Under the pieces are notes generated by a model. The model worked only from the letters and a program-made list of their open reading frames with translations. It made no database searches and was not told the origin of the DNA. Positions 47,652 through 61,500 of a stretch of 64,000 nucleotides of DNA are shown here, one piece after another. The stretch is from Ylistrum balloti (Eukaryota). The position numbers and the translations under genes were made by a program. Location of the stretch: assembly GCF_031769215.1 (NCBI RefSeq), contig NW_026782081.1, positions 868,001 to 932,000 on the forward strand, written 5' to 3'. The stretch's first letter is position 1. Each line of letters starts with the position of its first letter.

Positions 47652-48190
47652 TGATAAGGAAATCTTTTACATGCTTGTTAGAAATCTTTGTATGGAAATT
47701 CCTCACTACAGTAATCTAAAAAGTATCAATATGAAGGTCTTTGCAGTTTTTGATATAGACAGAACAAATTGACACCAGTTACTACAGGGAACTCACATTT
47801 TGTGTGGGTCCCTGAAAATGTTGTAGCACAAGACTCAAACTGACAATACAAATGACATGACAAAACTATTAATATAAATTACAGTTACTTGCCATTTAAT
47901 TCATTGCTAAGAAAGTGTGAGGATCTAGTTTACAAGTACATTCTTGGAATATTTGTTCCTGCATCAACATCCTTTTTACATACATTTTAATCAAACAAGC
48001 TTGATTAATATAAGTTACCAAAACATGTTCCATCATTGATTTGCTCTAAATAACCATTTCTGTTGCAACGTTTAAACCTTACCTAATCAGCTTTTCCTTA
48101 CATATGAAAGACACCCTATTTAACTTAAATCAACATACACTGAAAACTTCCCTGGCCCCTGCAACTACTGAGTTTTGAAACTTTTTAATT

Positions 48191-51100
48191 CTATGTGTTG
48201 TCATTTTCTTCCTCATCGGATTGTAATTTCACAACTCCAGAGAAACCACCACTGGCAGATGTTCTTGACATGGAGGCCATATTATACATGTGAGCTTGTG
48301 CCCTCCGTACAGTCAACAGTGCTCTCTGCCTCATTTGCTGGCTCTGATAGGACTGATTATTTAAACCACGACGTTCGTTGCGGAATTTGTCATTCAAAAC
48401 AACAAACCATGAATCCTGAAAGAGAATTAAAATTCATGTCAAAATATTATCAGTAATATTTTGTATCAAATGTTTGATTCAACTTGTATCATACGATCTT
48501 TTCAATAGGACACATTCCTTTAGATAATTCAGTAATACAATTAAGTGACTTTTGGGGACTCGTTGTAACAAGTTTTAGGGCAGATCAACTTCTGACATAT
48601 CATGAGACCATAGCTAAGTATATTTGGGCACAAGGTACAATTTATTTCATTTAATTTAGTCTACAAGCATGTAGACTTCACACATTGGTACAATTACATG
48701 CGGGCTAAGTTGTGTTAGCTATAAATAAATATGTCTTTGTAATAGCATGTAGTGGGGAACACCTCATGTTCAGTTTATAATCAACATTTGTTGATTATAG
48801 TAAGACCTGATGAAATGGTAAATGTCAATTATAGTAAGACCTGATGAAATGATAGAGTGTTGTAGACTGAGTTTTTGCTTGGATTCTTTTCAAACAAATA
48901 CAAGTTTAATTTGCACTGTCTGAGAGAACAGGAATTCTTTTTATTTATAGATAAACATGTAGGTAATTTTGTACCCTAAACAAGAAACTTACTGCCGGAG
49001 ATATGTGGCTGTCCTTTGACCTTACGTTGAGTTTGGGGAAACTGCTTACAATGGCTTTAGCCACCTCCATCTTCTGTGTCGGGGTAGGGTACCTTAAGAT
49101 AAATGAGCAGTTAATTTAATTGGTACTAGCTCATGTAAAAACAGTTTTGTTGGTAGATAAAGACCTTTTAAAGTTTACATAACAGACATATTGCCAGGTA
49201 ACCATCTCCAAATACATTGTAATGCTTCAAAAATTTAATTTCATATCTCGACAAATTTTGACAAAGAAAAGTTTTCAGAATTTACATAAGTGACCTACTG
49301 TGCACCACAAAACTTTTCACTATTTATGATCTATGATTTTGCTTCACTTTATGATATGATATAAAGAGCACATGGGGGAATAGTTTACATGTGGTGAAAT
49401 CTATTGTCGCAGAGCAATTGTCAGGGGGAATATAGTATCCACTAATGTGACAGTCATGTTAAATTACCACACAACACCTTTATCATACAATGTATTTTGA
49501 GTTCCATTTCATAACCATTATCCATTGCAACTTAAGTCTACTCACAGTCCAGTGTATTTGACAATCTCATTAAACACTGTATCAAGAAACTGCATCTTGG
49601 CTGGGCGTGTGATGATACCAGAGTTGATCATTTCTCGAGCTTTGTTTCCATACTTGAGATTCTCTACAGGAAATGGATCAGGAAATACTTTAGTGCGCTG
49701 CATGATTCGAGACTGGACCTTGGGATTGAGATTGTCAGAACTCCCTCTTAATGATTCTATGTACTGCCATTTTTTATGCTTCCATGACTGTTCAGTGTTT
49801 TCTGTAGAATCCTCTTCATGCTCCATGCCTAGATAGTCATAAACAAGGGATTAACACTGTGAAACATCTTCAGTGCTCTATCTCCACACAAAGTGAGGCA
49901 TGGAAACCTGGTCTACATCATCTTCTCAATAACATTTCAAGCACTTCATCGAGATGCACAATGAGTAGATATGGCAACATGTTAATAAAGTATACTTGTT
50001 AAATAGGTACAAATTTTAAAATGATCAGTAATGTTTTATAGATGGTAAAAGTATGAAGTCAGAATATAAACATAATAGTTATCAGTTATCATAATCTTAT
50101 GAGATATATGAATTAGATGATATGTTACATTATACGGTTAGTGTATTTGAGCAGGATTCATAAGAAGTATTCAAATTTATACACATGTATATCTAATTTA
50201 TTTTTTTGTAATTGCTATTTAACCTTCATGTATGTATACTGTACATGTACAAGTAAATAACTTTAATCACAATCATTTATTTGTTATGGAATAACAAGCA
50301 GAAAAACATACTTTCCTGTGGGTTATCTTCACTTTCAGTAACCATGGAAACCTGTGGTTCAGATGACGGTGATGATGTCATGTACATTGACACGGGTACT
50401 GGCTGACTGAGAGCATTATGATAGTCCCCAAATGTCATCAAGCTGGATAAGTTACCATGACTCTGTGATGATATATCTGAGTCTGTAATGTTTTGGGGGG
50501 TGATCTGCTGATTTGTAGGAACACTTGAAGATGTGTGTCGGGAACCAGTGGCAAATGTTCTTCCAAAGTCAGGAAGAGATTTTTTGTAAATATGACTGTC
50601 TGCAGGAGGGTTTAATTCATCAGAATCCTCATCCAAAATTTCTATTTTAATAGGTGGCATATCAACCTCAGACGAAATATTTCGCTGTTCAAATTGTGCT
50701 TTAGCATGTGTTTCAGTTCCAAAATGCCTTGCGTTGCCTAACTTTGTGAAGCTATTAACACCATTGTCATCAGGAATATTTACACTTGAACTAGGGAATG
50801 GATCGATAAAAGAAGATGAGTTTTTATCTGATGATTCTTGACCAATATTTAACTGGATTTCCGCATGATTGTCTGTATGTGGTCTCTGGTTATTACCAGA
50901 TGTGTTTCTTTCTGAAGTATGAGAAAGAGGGTGAGCTTTTGTTCCTGTGACATAATGATCAGAGCTTCTGGTAAAATCTGTTTGTGACATGTGCTGATGA
51001 TCTAAAGAAACTCGAGATTCATCTGACGATCGCGCACCACTGACAGGATGTACAGATGACACTGATCCTTGTGTAGTCTTGTCCAATGAGGAAACAGCTT

Positions 51101-52089
51101 GTCTGGGAAGATAGGATCCCTCAGATGAAGCACGTGAGGGATATGTCTGTGAGTCGGAATACTTGGATAGGTCAACCACACTTGTTTCTCTTCTCGTCCT
51201 GTCTGCCTCATTAATACTAGAACCAACCCTACCTCCATTCTTGTTCTGTCCACTGTCTTTCCCTTGTTGTGGAGTGGTGCTATATCTTTGCTGCTGTTCC
51301 CTGAGGCCAGATAAAATATCCTCACCAATTGACGTTTGATCTTTAGACATTTGACCACAGGCAGTCTCTGAATCAAAATCCATGTCCAGATTCTTATTTC
51401 TTAGCCATTCTGGTGTTGTAACAGATTTGTTATCTGTGAAAAAATGTTTAATATTATTACTTTTGTTGAATTCATTTTCTAATTTTCAAACATTAAAACA
51501 CTATATTCATACAATGAATTATATTCTGTTCTTTCAGTTGTGATGATATGTTGGGACAACCCTGAGTTGTACATGTGTTGCCTATGCATACACTTGTCTA
51601 TTATGTACAAGGTATATGGATGTCTTGATCTATTCTATATGTCTTGCTAAAACATTAAACTACTGTTTACTACAAAAACAAAATCTTGGTTCTGGTTCCA
51701 GTTGGTGCATATTCAGCAGAATGATAGTTATACATCTTTATTGATTCATAAAAAGCTTTTTCACAACTGCAATAAATGTGCCCAGTATTTATGTTCATTT
51801 TTGCCTTTCTGTCTAAGTAAGTAATATTATACATCATATATAGATTAAAAAAGGTGCATATCTAAACACAAACTCATATAATCTTTGAGTCATGTCTTTA
51901 ACACTGAGTGCTGATGGTTATGTGTAACATAATGTTTAATAAATGACTATACCTACCAAGCACCATTTTGCCGTAGACTTTGTACTCAGCCACTTTAATA
52001 TCCAGCCACATAACAAAGTGACTCTGTGTCCATGGGTTCATGACTCTTATCAGCTCAGAGAAGGAATGTTTCACTGTGCACAAGTCCAT
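48191..52089 (-). CDS. Uncharacterised ~620-aa protein with a C-terminal SAMD3-like helical (putative DNA-binding) domain. Exons: 51957-52089, 50312-51433, 49546-49828, 48993-49092, 48191-48415
   Basis: Five exons chain in phase (133+1122+283+100+225=1863 nt). Layout: short N-terminal module (MDLCTVKHSFSELIRVMNPWTQSHFVMWLDIK...), ~380-aa S/D/T/Q-rich disordered region, then PDPFPV...KMQFLDTVFNEIVKYTGL|YPTPTQKMEVAKAIVSSFPKL...|DSWFVVLNDKFRNERR. The last part matches the YP-x6-VA-x-A(I/L)V-x2-(F/H)P-x-L...W-x3-L-x2-K(F/M)-x-N-x-R pattern I recall from SAMD3-like proteins. The gene structure is solid; the domain call is from pattern memory. Confidence 0.85.
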
Positions 52090-52756
52090 GATTGTGTAGT
52101 TTACGCATTTATAAATGCAATATAAATGTTGTTTTTTCTGCAATAAAAAAATGTATTAAAATTTATAAATAACATGAGATGTTAAGTAACATCAACAAGT
52201 ATTTTACTTTCTTTTCAATTTCATTTCGTCATGTTTTGAATTCATTTTTCATTCAGGAATTAAGACAATTTATTACAAATTAGAAAACATGGATTAACTA
52301 AAGGTACAACTTTATGTCACAGGTCAGTCAACATGAATCCAATTTCAGTAAATGGTATTGTGAAATTGTCTTTAAATTGGTCGTAAGTTTTATCTTATCA
52401 AAAAGATTACATTTCGTCACTGTAATAGTAACTTCCCTTCAAACATTTTTAACATTCATCTCCATTCATGGACTATGTCGTCATGTTAGAGAAAAGTTAC
52501 AAAACTACTTTTTATCCTTTTATCTTGTATCAGCTTTCAGTACATAACAGCAACAGCAAGATGCATTGGGGCAAAACCAGTATCAATGGCCCTAATTTCT
52601 ACCTCTAGATAAGCCCTGTGAACAATTGATCATGCATGAGATGCAGCTGTACTGATTGAAATCAGTCATCGACTATATATATGTAGAAGTTAGCATACAG
52701 GTCACTTAAGTACTAGTCCCTGCCCTTAAAAGTAGAGTATATATATTTGCCTCCAG

Positions 52757-52995
52757 GCCCCACTTGTATACAACATCTCAACTTGAGATTTCCTCAAGTC
52801 GAGATTTTCCTCAGCTGATATCTCCTCAAAAACGGCTTGTATAAAATTTTCTCAAGGAACAGGAGGAAGTCATCGACTAGGATGTCCTGAAATTCCTTGA
52901 GGAATTTTCATACAAGATATTTTCAAGGAGATATTAGCTGAGGAAAATTACGACTTTAGGAAATCTCAAGTTAAGATGTTTTATACAAGTGGGGC
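52757..52995. mobile_element. Foldback MITE (239 bp, ~103-bp TIRs, CAG target-site duplication), PIF/Harbinger-like
   Basis: CAG|GCCCCACTTGTATA...TATACAAGTGGGGC|CAG. The arms align at ~86% identity (14 mismatches in 103 nt by hand). The superfamily call rests on the 3-bp CWG TSD. Confidence 0.85.
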
Positions 52996-53880
52996 CAGAT
53001 CAAAAGGTCACTAAATTCAAACATCATTGGGGCAGCATATATATTTAACTACTCTTCCAATTACATATTTGAAGCTCACTCATTGATAACTGAATTAATG
53101 TTTATAATAGAATTTTATAAACCATGCATGCTAATTCAAATTTAAAAATATAAGTCCAATTTTGATATATTTTGTGCTTTCAATATATATTGATGAATAC
53201 TTATGAACAAAGACAAGAGCTAGATTTTGTTTTAAGAATTTGAGGGATCATAATATGTATCAATATTCTATTATTTTCCGACAAGAAAATATGGATAACT
53301 TTAATCATTGTTTAGAAGAGTATAATAATAACTTATTGACTGAGATTAGGGAATCATTATCAGAATGAATATACCTAGTATATATGTGTATCTCTTTTTC
53401 CCATGATATGTGTATATATAGTCATTGGGCAAATGTAAATAACTCATCTGAACATGCCCCTGTGATTTACTCATTGCGAGGTCAAATACATGTGTATTCT
53501 GACCACCAGTCATAGCCAATAAGTAATCAACTGATGTAGACAAACTCCTTTGGTAAGGTTTGTTATAATGAATGACAACTATATAAGGTTAATGGTATAA
53601 ATTGGCCAAAGACAACGAGATATTAGTCACATTCTTTGATATACATGCAAAGTATAGTTTTACAGTAATTAATATACTAATTATGTATTGTCAGTAAAAA
53701 ATCTATTATGTCACAGTATACAGGCAGTCTGGTCAACACTGTGAACCTCTAAATAATGTTCAGAATATTGAATGTTTCAGAGTAAAATATATTACTTTAA
53801 CACCAATATTTTCCTTGTTAACTGCCCATGTACAAAAACATGCAGTGCCGCGTAACTTTCAACGCATATTTCAAATAAAG

Positions 53881-54067
53881 CACGTGTTTTTTTAACTGCA
53901 AAATGTCATGATCTATATAAGCAAGTCATAAACATAATGCTTACAAGCCGCTTGTTGTAATAACTGAAACAGTATTGGATGTTCAATGTAAACAACTTTC
54001 ACCCTTTCCGGCCGGAACTAGAACGCTCTTAACTAAAATTTTAAGTCACCGTCACGATTTTCCGGAA
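53881..54067 (-). promoter_or_regulatory. Putative promoter and non-coding first exon of the uncharacterised gene
   Basis: CpG-enriched patch with E-box CACGTG (53881-53886), palindromic double ETS site TTCCGGCCGGAA (54006-54017) and TTCCGGAA (54060-54067). A minus-strand donor (GGCTT|gtaagc near 53943) and acceptor (ttttttattgcag near 52140) would give a 5'UTR exon. Confidence 0.5.
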
Positions 54068-54729
54068 TTTTACTCCCGTTTAATGTTCTCGAACTGATTG
54101 CAATAAAGAATTCGATTTGTTTTATCTCATAATATAGTAGAATCAGAGCGGATCACATCGTACACAGGGAAGTTAAATAAATCGTAGCACACATTGCAGT
54201 GCCCATCGCCTTGTCATAAATCCTTTCCCTCTCTGAATTTCTGACAAAGATCATGATTCAATGACCTACAGAATTTTCATTTTCGGACTCTATGTTATCA
54301 TGACGATAAGAAAATAAGCAGTATTTTTTTTCAAATGGATGATATGCACGAGTTTGATTTTGGCAGCACTTCTGAAAACGCTTTCCCTAATAAGTGTTTT
54401 TATCATATAATTCTGTGTAATTCTGAGCATCGCCACTTATTGGGCTCGTGTGTTTTTGGTCTTCTTGGCATCATGATGATTTTAAATATTTTTTTATAGT
54501 ATAAACTTGTTTTCATAATTCAAGAGTTCTGTACAAAGTTATATATAGTAATTGACCCGTTTTCAAGGAAAACAGAAATAAATTAACTGTTTCCGGGTTG
54601 TAACCAGTATGCAGTCAGTAAGGATAATCAAAGACGTGATAATGTACAGGTCTGAAAATGGCCTGTCAAAAGTTACTCCAGTTCATTAGTTTTTGCTTGT
54701 AGCCTATGTCTTAAAATGTAAACAGATAT

Positions 54730-55190
54730 ATCTGAAGGTTAAAAGGGGAGAGTTATTGTTCCTCATTTGTTTCCCGTTTGTCTCCTCTATCAGTTTTCGA
54801 CCAATTTCATTCAAACTTAGATTAACTTGCCTATAAAACTATCTGAAAAATGGTATCGATTGCACAACTGTAAAGTGAAGCAATATTTGTAAGCGTAATA
54901 CTTATAAACCCGTCATTAAGCATCAAAATATTTTGGACAAGTATCAGTTTCAGGGTTGTTGGGTCAGGGGTAAGGTCATTATTATAGTAGTTGTAAATCA
55001 TTTTCAGTCCTCTACTGGCTTCATCCTCGATAGATTCGCGTCAAACTTTTCACACTTATAAAGCATCAGATTATCTTGGACAATTAAATATCCTGAACAA
55101 GTCTGAGTTTCAAGGTTTTTGGGTAAAGGTTAAGGTCTCTACATGTGTTTAGAAAATCACTTTCAGCACTCTGTATGTCAAATTGTCAAA
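54730..55190. mobile_element. Degenerate interspersed repeat with ~150-180 bp internal units
   Basis: Two diverged copies of caaactt...ttggacaa...tttcagggt...gggtcaggggtaaggtca, typical of HINE/pearl internal repeats. Confidence 0.45.
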
Positions 55191-57327
55191 TTTATTTATT
55201 GCATTGTTACATAAAAATCAGTTAAAAACTAATTGTATACCTTTTTTCGAAATTAACACCAAACAGCATAAAGTATTATAGTGTAATAGCTGTACTAGGT
55301 ATACTTGTTGATACAGATAATACTAATTAGTGTGAAGACAATGTAAGATAGATTTCTGGCTTTAGACACTGACTGTAGCCTCAATTTTGAAAATCCTTGT
55401 TTCAAATATTTGTTGAAAACTGATAAACAACTTGCTTCTCCAAATTTCAGGGGCCTTTTTTCACTCTATTTTGATTACTGCCTGTAAGTCTGGCATTTCT
55501 GTAGCAACAGGACTAAATGAATAGAAAAGAGCCTTGCATTTTGTAGATGGCTTTATCATACATTTATTGACATAGCAGAAAGCTGGAAGTTTAATTTTCA
55601 ATGTAAGAAACATTCAAGGAATTGGCAAAACTGTTTCCAAGAGTGTAAACTTTTTATCACCTGAATACATTCTACATTTAATTAATCTTCAATATTATAC
55701 TTGTATATAACTCCAGGACAAAAGTGTTTTCTTTTGAGGCAGTCAGGGGCGTGAGTGGAACAGTCTGCCTTAATATTATCAGAAGTATTATTCTTTTCAA
55801 GTTTTTGACTGCTCTGCATATGAAGAATTTATCTAATAAAATTACTGACTATATACAGCTAGTCATGTGTTCTATTCAGATTATCTGTCACCTTGCAGTA
55901 ATCATGCCCGATGATCACATATTTTTTTTCCATTCTGATTTTGGTTATCTCATTCATCTAATATAAACAAGAATGCTAATAAAAGGCCACTTGACACATG
56001 CTATCCATAACTACAGCTGTATAATTATATTCCTTTATTGAATTTTCTGTATTTCATGAGTGATTTAACAAAATTGTATCAAAAAAGTTGATCAAATCTA
56101 ATCATATTCTACATTAAATTGTCAATGAAATTCCACTTTTGATTTACTAATATCTGTATTCTTATTTGATTACATACTAAGTTCACATTGTTTTAGTTGA
56201 TTTAATGTGAGATTTTCCATTCAATAATTGTATAATATTTTTTACTTTCAGCCTTATTCATTTATACATAGCTGTAGTGTTGTGATTGGTTATTTCTCTG
56301 TATAGCTGTTGTCTCTTGATTTTTTATATAACTTCATGCTCCACACTCTTGGTATGTATATTTTAGTTTGTAAAAACATTTGTGTTTATTTGTTTTTTAA
56401 CTGCTATATTGTCATGTGTTTATATTAGCTGTGTTGCACACATTCTGTATTTTATGAATGTGTTGGTGTACACGACTTCATCATTATGTTGAACTCCAGT
56501 TTGTAGCACCATTTTACTTCCTACAAATGTACTATTATTATTTTTTCTATGTTTCTATTAACATATATATATATAACACTTCAATTTCTTGTGCCTGTAA
56601 ATCATATCACTGACAAATGGATGATAATGTAACTGTTAATCAACTCAACCTGATATAGGCAATGTCATGAAAATACTAGAACCACCCGTATATTTCTATA
56701 CTTTTTAGTCAGTACTTATAACTGTCAAATTCAGTGTTTAAATCTAATACAATAACAGCAATCTTAAAACATCACACAGATCACCATCTAGATACATACC
56801 AATGTGATAACTATACAACAGAATTTATTATACCTAAGTTCTTTTTACATGAGACCTTTAAAACACCCTATCACCTGTGATTTTGACGCCCATGACTTGG
56901 TGGTATTTATCAAGAGGTTGATGACTGACTTACAACAAATAATAATGTCAGCTGCAATTTTTGATATTGTTTTATTGTAGATTTTGCAGATAATGCTATA
57001 TTAAAAATTAGGTAATACATCATTTATCTGAACAGATATCACACACGGCATTAACATAAAAACAAAATGAGCAGGTGCCCACATACACACCCCTATCACA
57101 ACAACATTTTTTTCTTATCTAAATCTATGATCAAGGCAAACCTTTGACCTTCAACCCTGACCAATGACCTTGGTGAGTGATGCTATGCTTTTAATATGGA
57201 CTGAACCTGTATACAGACTCACAAGATATGCTGTACACTGGTTTTTTCTTATCTAATTTCTTAATGAACATCATTTAGTTCAAGTCTTTATGTTATGACG
57301 ATAAAGGATGTTTAATGGTCAATGATT

Positions 57328-57366
<39 letters not shown>

Positions 57367-57515
57367 GATGATGATGATGATGAAGTGCATGTGATTATTG
57401 GTAATGCAGTGATAACAATGATGATGTACACATGATTATCATTATAATGGAGAGTGATAGTGTTATGCATGATGTCAGGATGTGATGATGATGAGGATGA
57501 TGTTGATGATAATAT
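57328..57515. repeat. (ATG)n microsatellite with degenerate extension
   Basis: Pure ATG run from 57328 to ~57364, then interrupted GAT-rich sequence. It accounts for the poly-Ile/Ser ORF 57312-57518. Confidence 0.93.
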
Positions 57516-58530
57516 CATAACTGTCTGTTACAAAATCTGTGAGTGTGAGAGAGTGTAAATGTGATTTCATGTCATTATGTATACCATGTACAACTTTCTG
57601 AAAATAACAGAAATTACAGATAAAAAAGAAATGCTGTACACAGGGTTGTCACACACAACGCACGGGCACACAAGGTGATTTCTACATTAAGTATCCCTTC
57701 TTTACAAAAGTGGGCGATAAATCAATGGGATTCCTTTGTATACTACTATATTCTTATAATACCACAAACATCCATTTTCACTTCCATCTCCATCATGTAC
57801 CACATGATAAAACACTCTCATATCAGAAGGAAACATCAGAAAGCTAATGAGACAGCATACAAAATGTAGCATTGTGGTGCCTGAATGATTATTCAAATAT
57901 CAATGTGGATGGTAAGAGCTACAGATTGTGTCTCTCTCCTTCATTGAATTTTAACATCCTGATCTGATTCATAAAGTTTAAAAAACGTCTTGAACATATG
58001 GCCAAACACATAATTATATCACATTATTCATAACTCAATTTGTTTTGAGTTATATGTTTATATAAATGAAAATGATACAGAAGTTGAAAAATTCTCAATA
58101 TCAAGATGCCCAATGGGCCTACATCATTAACTTGGTATTCAATGCTCTTTACAAATTTATTAGCATTTTATATCATTGACATTTGAGGTCCTGGTCAATG
58201 GGAACTTGTCATAAGGTTTTAACATTTTTTTTTACAGATTGTGTAGGGCTTCCACCAGGAAACCTTTCAATCAGGTTGTTTGAAGACTGCTGCATCTTTG
58301 ACTTTGGGTCAAGGTCATTTCTTTTCTCAACCTTTGTTTTTGCAAGCATACCTTGGTAATGAAAGTAACAACTAACACCTCCCTTAGATAGGATTTTGAA
58401 GTATATCACAATATCTTTTCAATGTGGATTACTTCAGCCTTTTTCTTTTATAGAGGACAAAGTCTTCATTACATGGATCTGTATGTACACTACCATGTTG
58501 CCTAAAACTATAAATGAACTTTCTCACAAA

Positions 58531-61500
58531 TCACTTTTTCTTTCCCTTTGCCTTCTTTGGTTGAGCATATTTAGCCTCTAGGTTGGCAAAGAAGTCATCT
58601 GCCTGAGCTGCACGTCCCTTCTGTTTACTAAGGATAAGAGCTTGCAGGGAGTCATTCGCTCCTATCCCAAGGCTTTTCTTGGCTTCTTCTGCTTCCTTCG
58701 CCTCTGCCTGTGCCTAAAACAATGTGATATATGTCACAGTAAAAACACAATACACTAACACCAATGAAAAAACAATGAAATAACCAATCACCAGGGCAAA
58801 AAACCAAATGATGGTTTAAATTCAATTTATAAAAAATTCAGATCAGAATAAGTTATTATAATCATATGAACCAACAGTTTCTATGGATTTATAACAACAA
58901 AGTAAAATCACAAATAAGTTTGTGTACTGTATCAGGGAAACACTGTAAGTAAAATTACATATAGTATAACCAGACCTTGTTCTGGAGGATTCTGCAGCAG
59001 AACATTATCATTAAGCAAAAAAGTAAATAATATTTAATTGAGATTTATACATGTAGCAGTCCACTAAGTTGAAAAATTACCCATCCAACAAGCATCTAAA
59101 AGAAGTACAGGTTAAATGTGTACCTTTCTCTTCCGGGATGCACTTTTTTTCTTGTTTTCTTTACTAAATGCTTCAAAATTAGGAACTTCTCCTTTTTTGA
59201 TCAAGTCTTTGATGATTTTTCTAAATCGAGGTTCATCCTCAATACTGGAACACATGATATGTTCCATGATTTCATCCATGTCTCCCTCAAATGTGGTATA
59301 AACCTCCTTCAGGTCAGCTCGCTCTTCCTCGGATCCTGGAATGCAAAAGACTTGAGTTACATATAGGAAAGATAATTCTCAGTAAATGAACCTTTTAGTT
59401 GTTCACCAGTCTGAAGGAACAACATGCATTTGTTATATAGGAAAAGGCAAACAATAACATGAGGCTTTGTTGGCCTGAATCATTCACTTGTTCTACGACA
59501 TATACACGGTCGATTTATAAAGTTAAAATCTACAAACTTGAAATCCTATTCCTCAAGCAAGCCACTACTCAAAACACTGTAAAACAGAACCTATCACTTG
59601 TTGACTCAAAACTTTTAAATTCTCCACACATTTGAACCTGTGACCTGAAAAGTGGGTCAATGTCAATTATTTGCAGATGTTACAGAATCAATACTAAAAG
59701 CCTCGGCCTTTTGGTTATTGAGAAGTCATTTGAAGATTTGACCCCTGTCACCTTAAAACTGTGTCAAGGTTTCTCATTTTGACAAAATTTGTTGGTCTTC
59801 ACTCTAGTCCATTATACTACCGACCCAATATACAGCACCTTGAAGCTTTTGGTTATTGAGAATTAGTTGTTTGAAGATTTTAACACATTTCATCTCTGTG
59901 ATCTTGAAAGTAAGTCAAAGTCAATCATTTGAATAAATTTGGTTGCCCTTCATCAAAATTTTTTTGAAGATTTCTACTTATTTCATCAAAAAAATTTGTT
60001 TGAAGATTTCTACTTTTTAACATCCTGTGACCTTGAAACTAGGTCAAAGTCATTCCCTCGAACAAATTTGGTAGCCTTAAATCCCAGCAAGCTACTGGCC
60101 CAATATCAGTACTCTGAAGTTGTTTGAATGGAAAGTCTGTGCACTGCCAAAGGCACATGATGATGAATGTAACACAATTTCAACAGCTCATACTGACCCT
60201 GTTGGTCAAACAACTAAAAAATGCAAAGCGGTATATAAACTGACTTAACTGCCAAATGCAAAATATACCATATGGTGTGTCTCAAACATGAAGTAATTCT
60301 TTTACCAGACTTACCTTTGTATTTGGCTTCAAAGTTCTTGATGTCTTCTTCTGTAATTTTTGGAAAGAGTATTCTCCAGTAGTCTACCCAATCTTTGTCT
60401 TCTTGTAAACTATCCTCGTCATCTACCTCACCTGTAACATACAAAATCATACTCGTGTGTAACTCCATTAAACCAAACTATTATAATATCCTCTAGCTAA
60501 TCCCAGGTTCCAATGCAATGTTTACAAGACAATGAACAAAAGAGATTGAATTTTTGGACTTTTATCATTTAATTACAATTTGTATGACATTCTGTATATA
60601 AGCTAATATAACATTGCGTCAATTAGAGATCGAACATTGTATTTTGTTTATGTTATCACAGGAACACTAGTCAATCTTAAGATCTGGTTTAGCCAATGTT
60701 GATGTTTTCATCCTTCCAAAATTAAAAGGAACAAAATCATTAGCCCATTCCATTTGCTGGCCTTTAAATACCACCAATTATACATTCTGCAGATTTTCTT
60801 TCACTGATCATGGTGAAAGCACCAATTCAAAGAAACTTTGTCATGTATTTATTTTTCTCTTAAGAATAGTTTGCAATCATTGTCAAAACATAAGATGAAA
60901 TAACTTTACAAAGTTTGACATTTATTAAACTTGAATCTTTGTACCTGTTTCATCATAAACTGTTCTTTTATCCTTGTCTGATAAGATGCTGTATACTTTG
61001 CCCACTGTTTGGAATTTGTGTGTAGCTTCCTCTTTTATTTCCTCTTCTACACGATCGGGATGGACCTTCAGGGACAGACGATGGTATCCACGTTTTACTG
61101 TAATACAGTCAAACATCAAAACTTGAAATATTCTCTAGATCAATATACAATTATTTCCCTCCCCCCCCCCCCCCCCCCGCCAAAAAAAAAATGATTCTAA
61201 TTTGTAAGAGAAAAGGGTAATTACTACAGTGTGACATACTAAAACATATAAATTTCAATGTCTCTTGATAGACCCATATACCCTATTTCATAGAAATTGG
61301 ATGACATTTACTGTAAATTTTGACCAATCAGAAGCATGCATTTGAAAGTCCTAATTTTTTCATGTAAAGTTTTAATTTGGTGGCACAAATTCTCGACCCA
61401 TGGACTGTATATATGTATTATATAGTGTAACTCCTGAGAGAGAAAACTGAACATATTTTTTTTTCAAATATGTGTTTTGATATTCTAGGGATGCAGATCT

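Noticed and set aside
54330-54480. Minus-strand MMPRRPKTHEPNK... resembling a transposase N-terminus
   Set aside because: The frame closes after 23 codons, other frames also stop, and no further transposase motifs are present.
58209-58409. 66-aa ORF downstream of DNAJC9
   Set aside because: Overlaps a tgaccttgacc-type repeat fragment in the probable 3'UTR; no splice connection to DNAJC9, which has its own stop at 58531.
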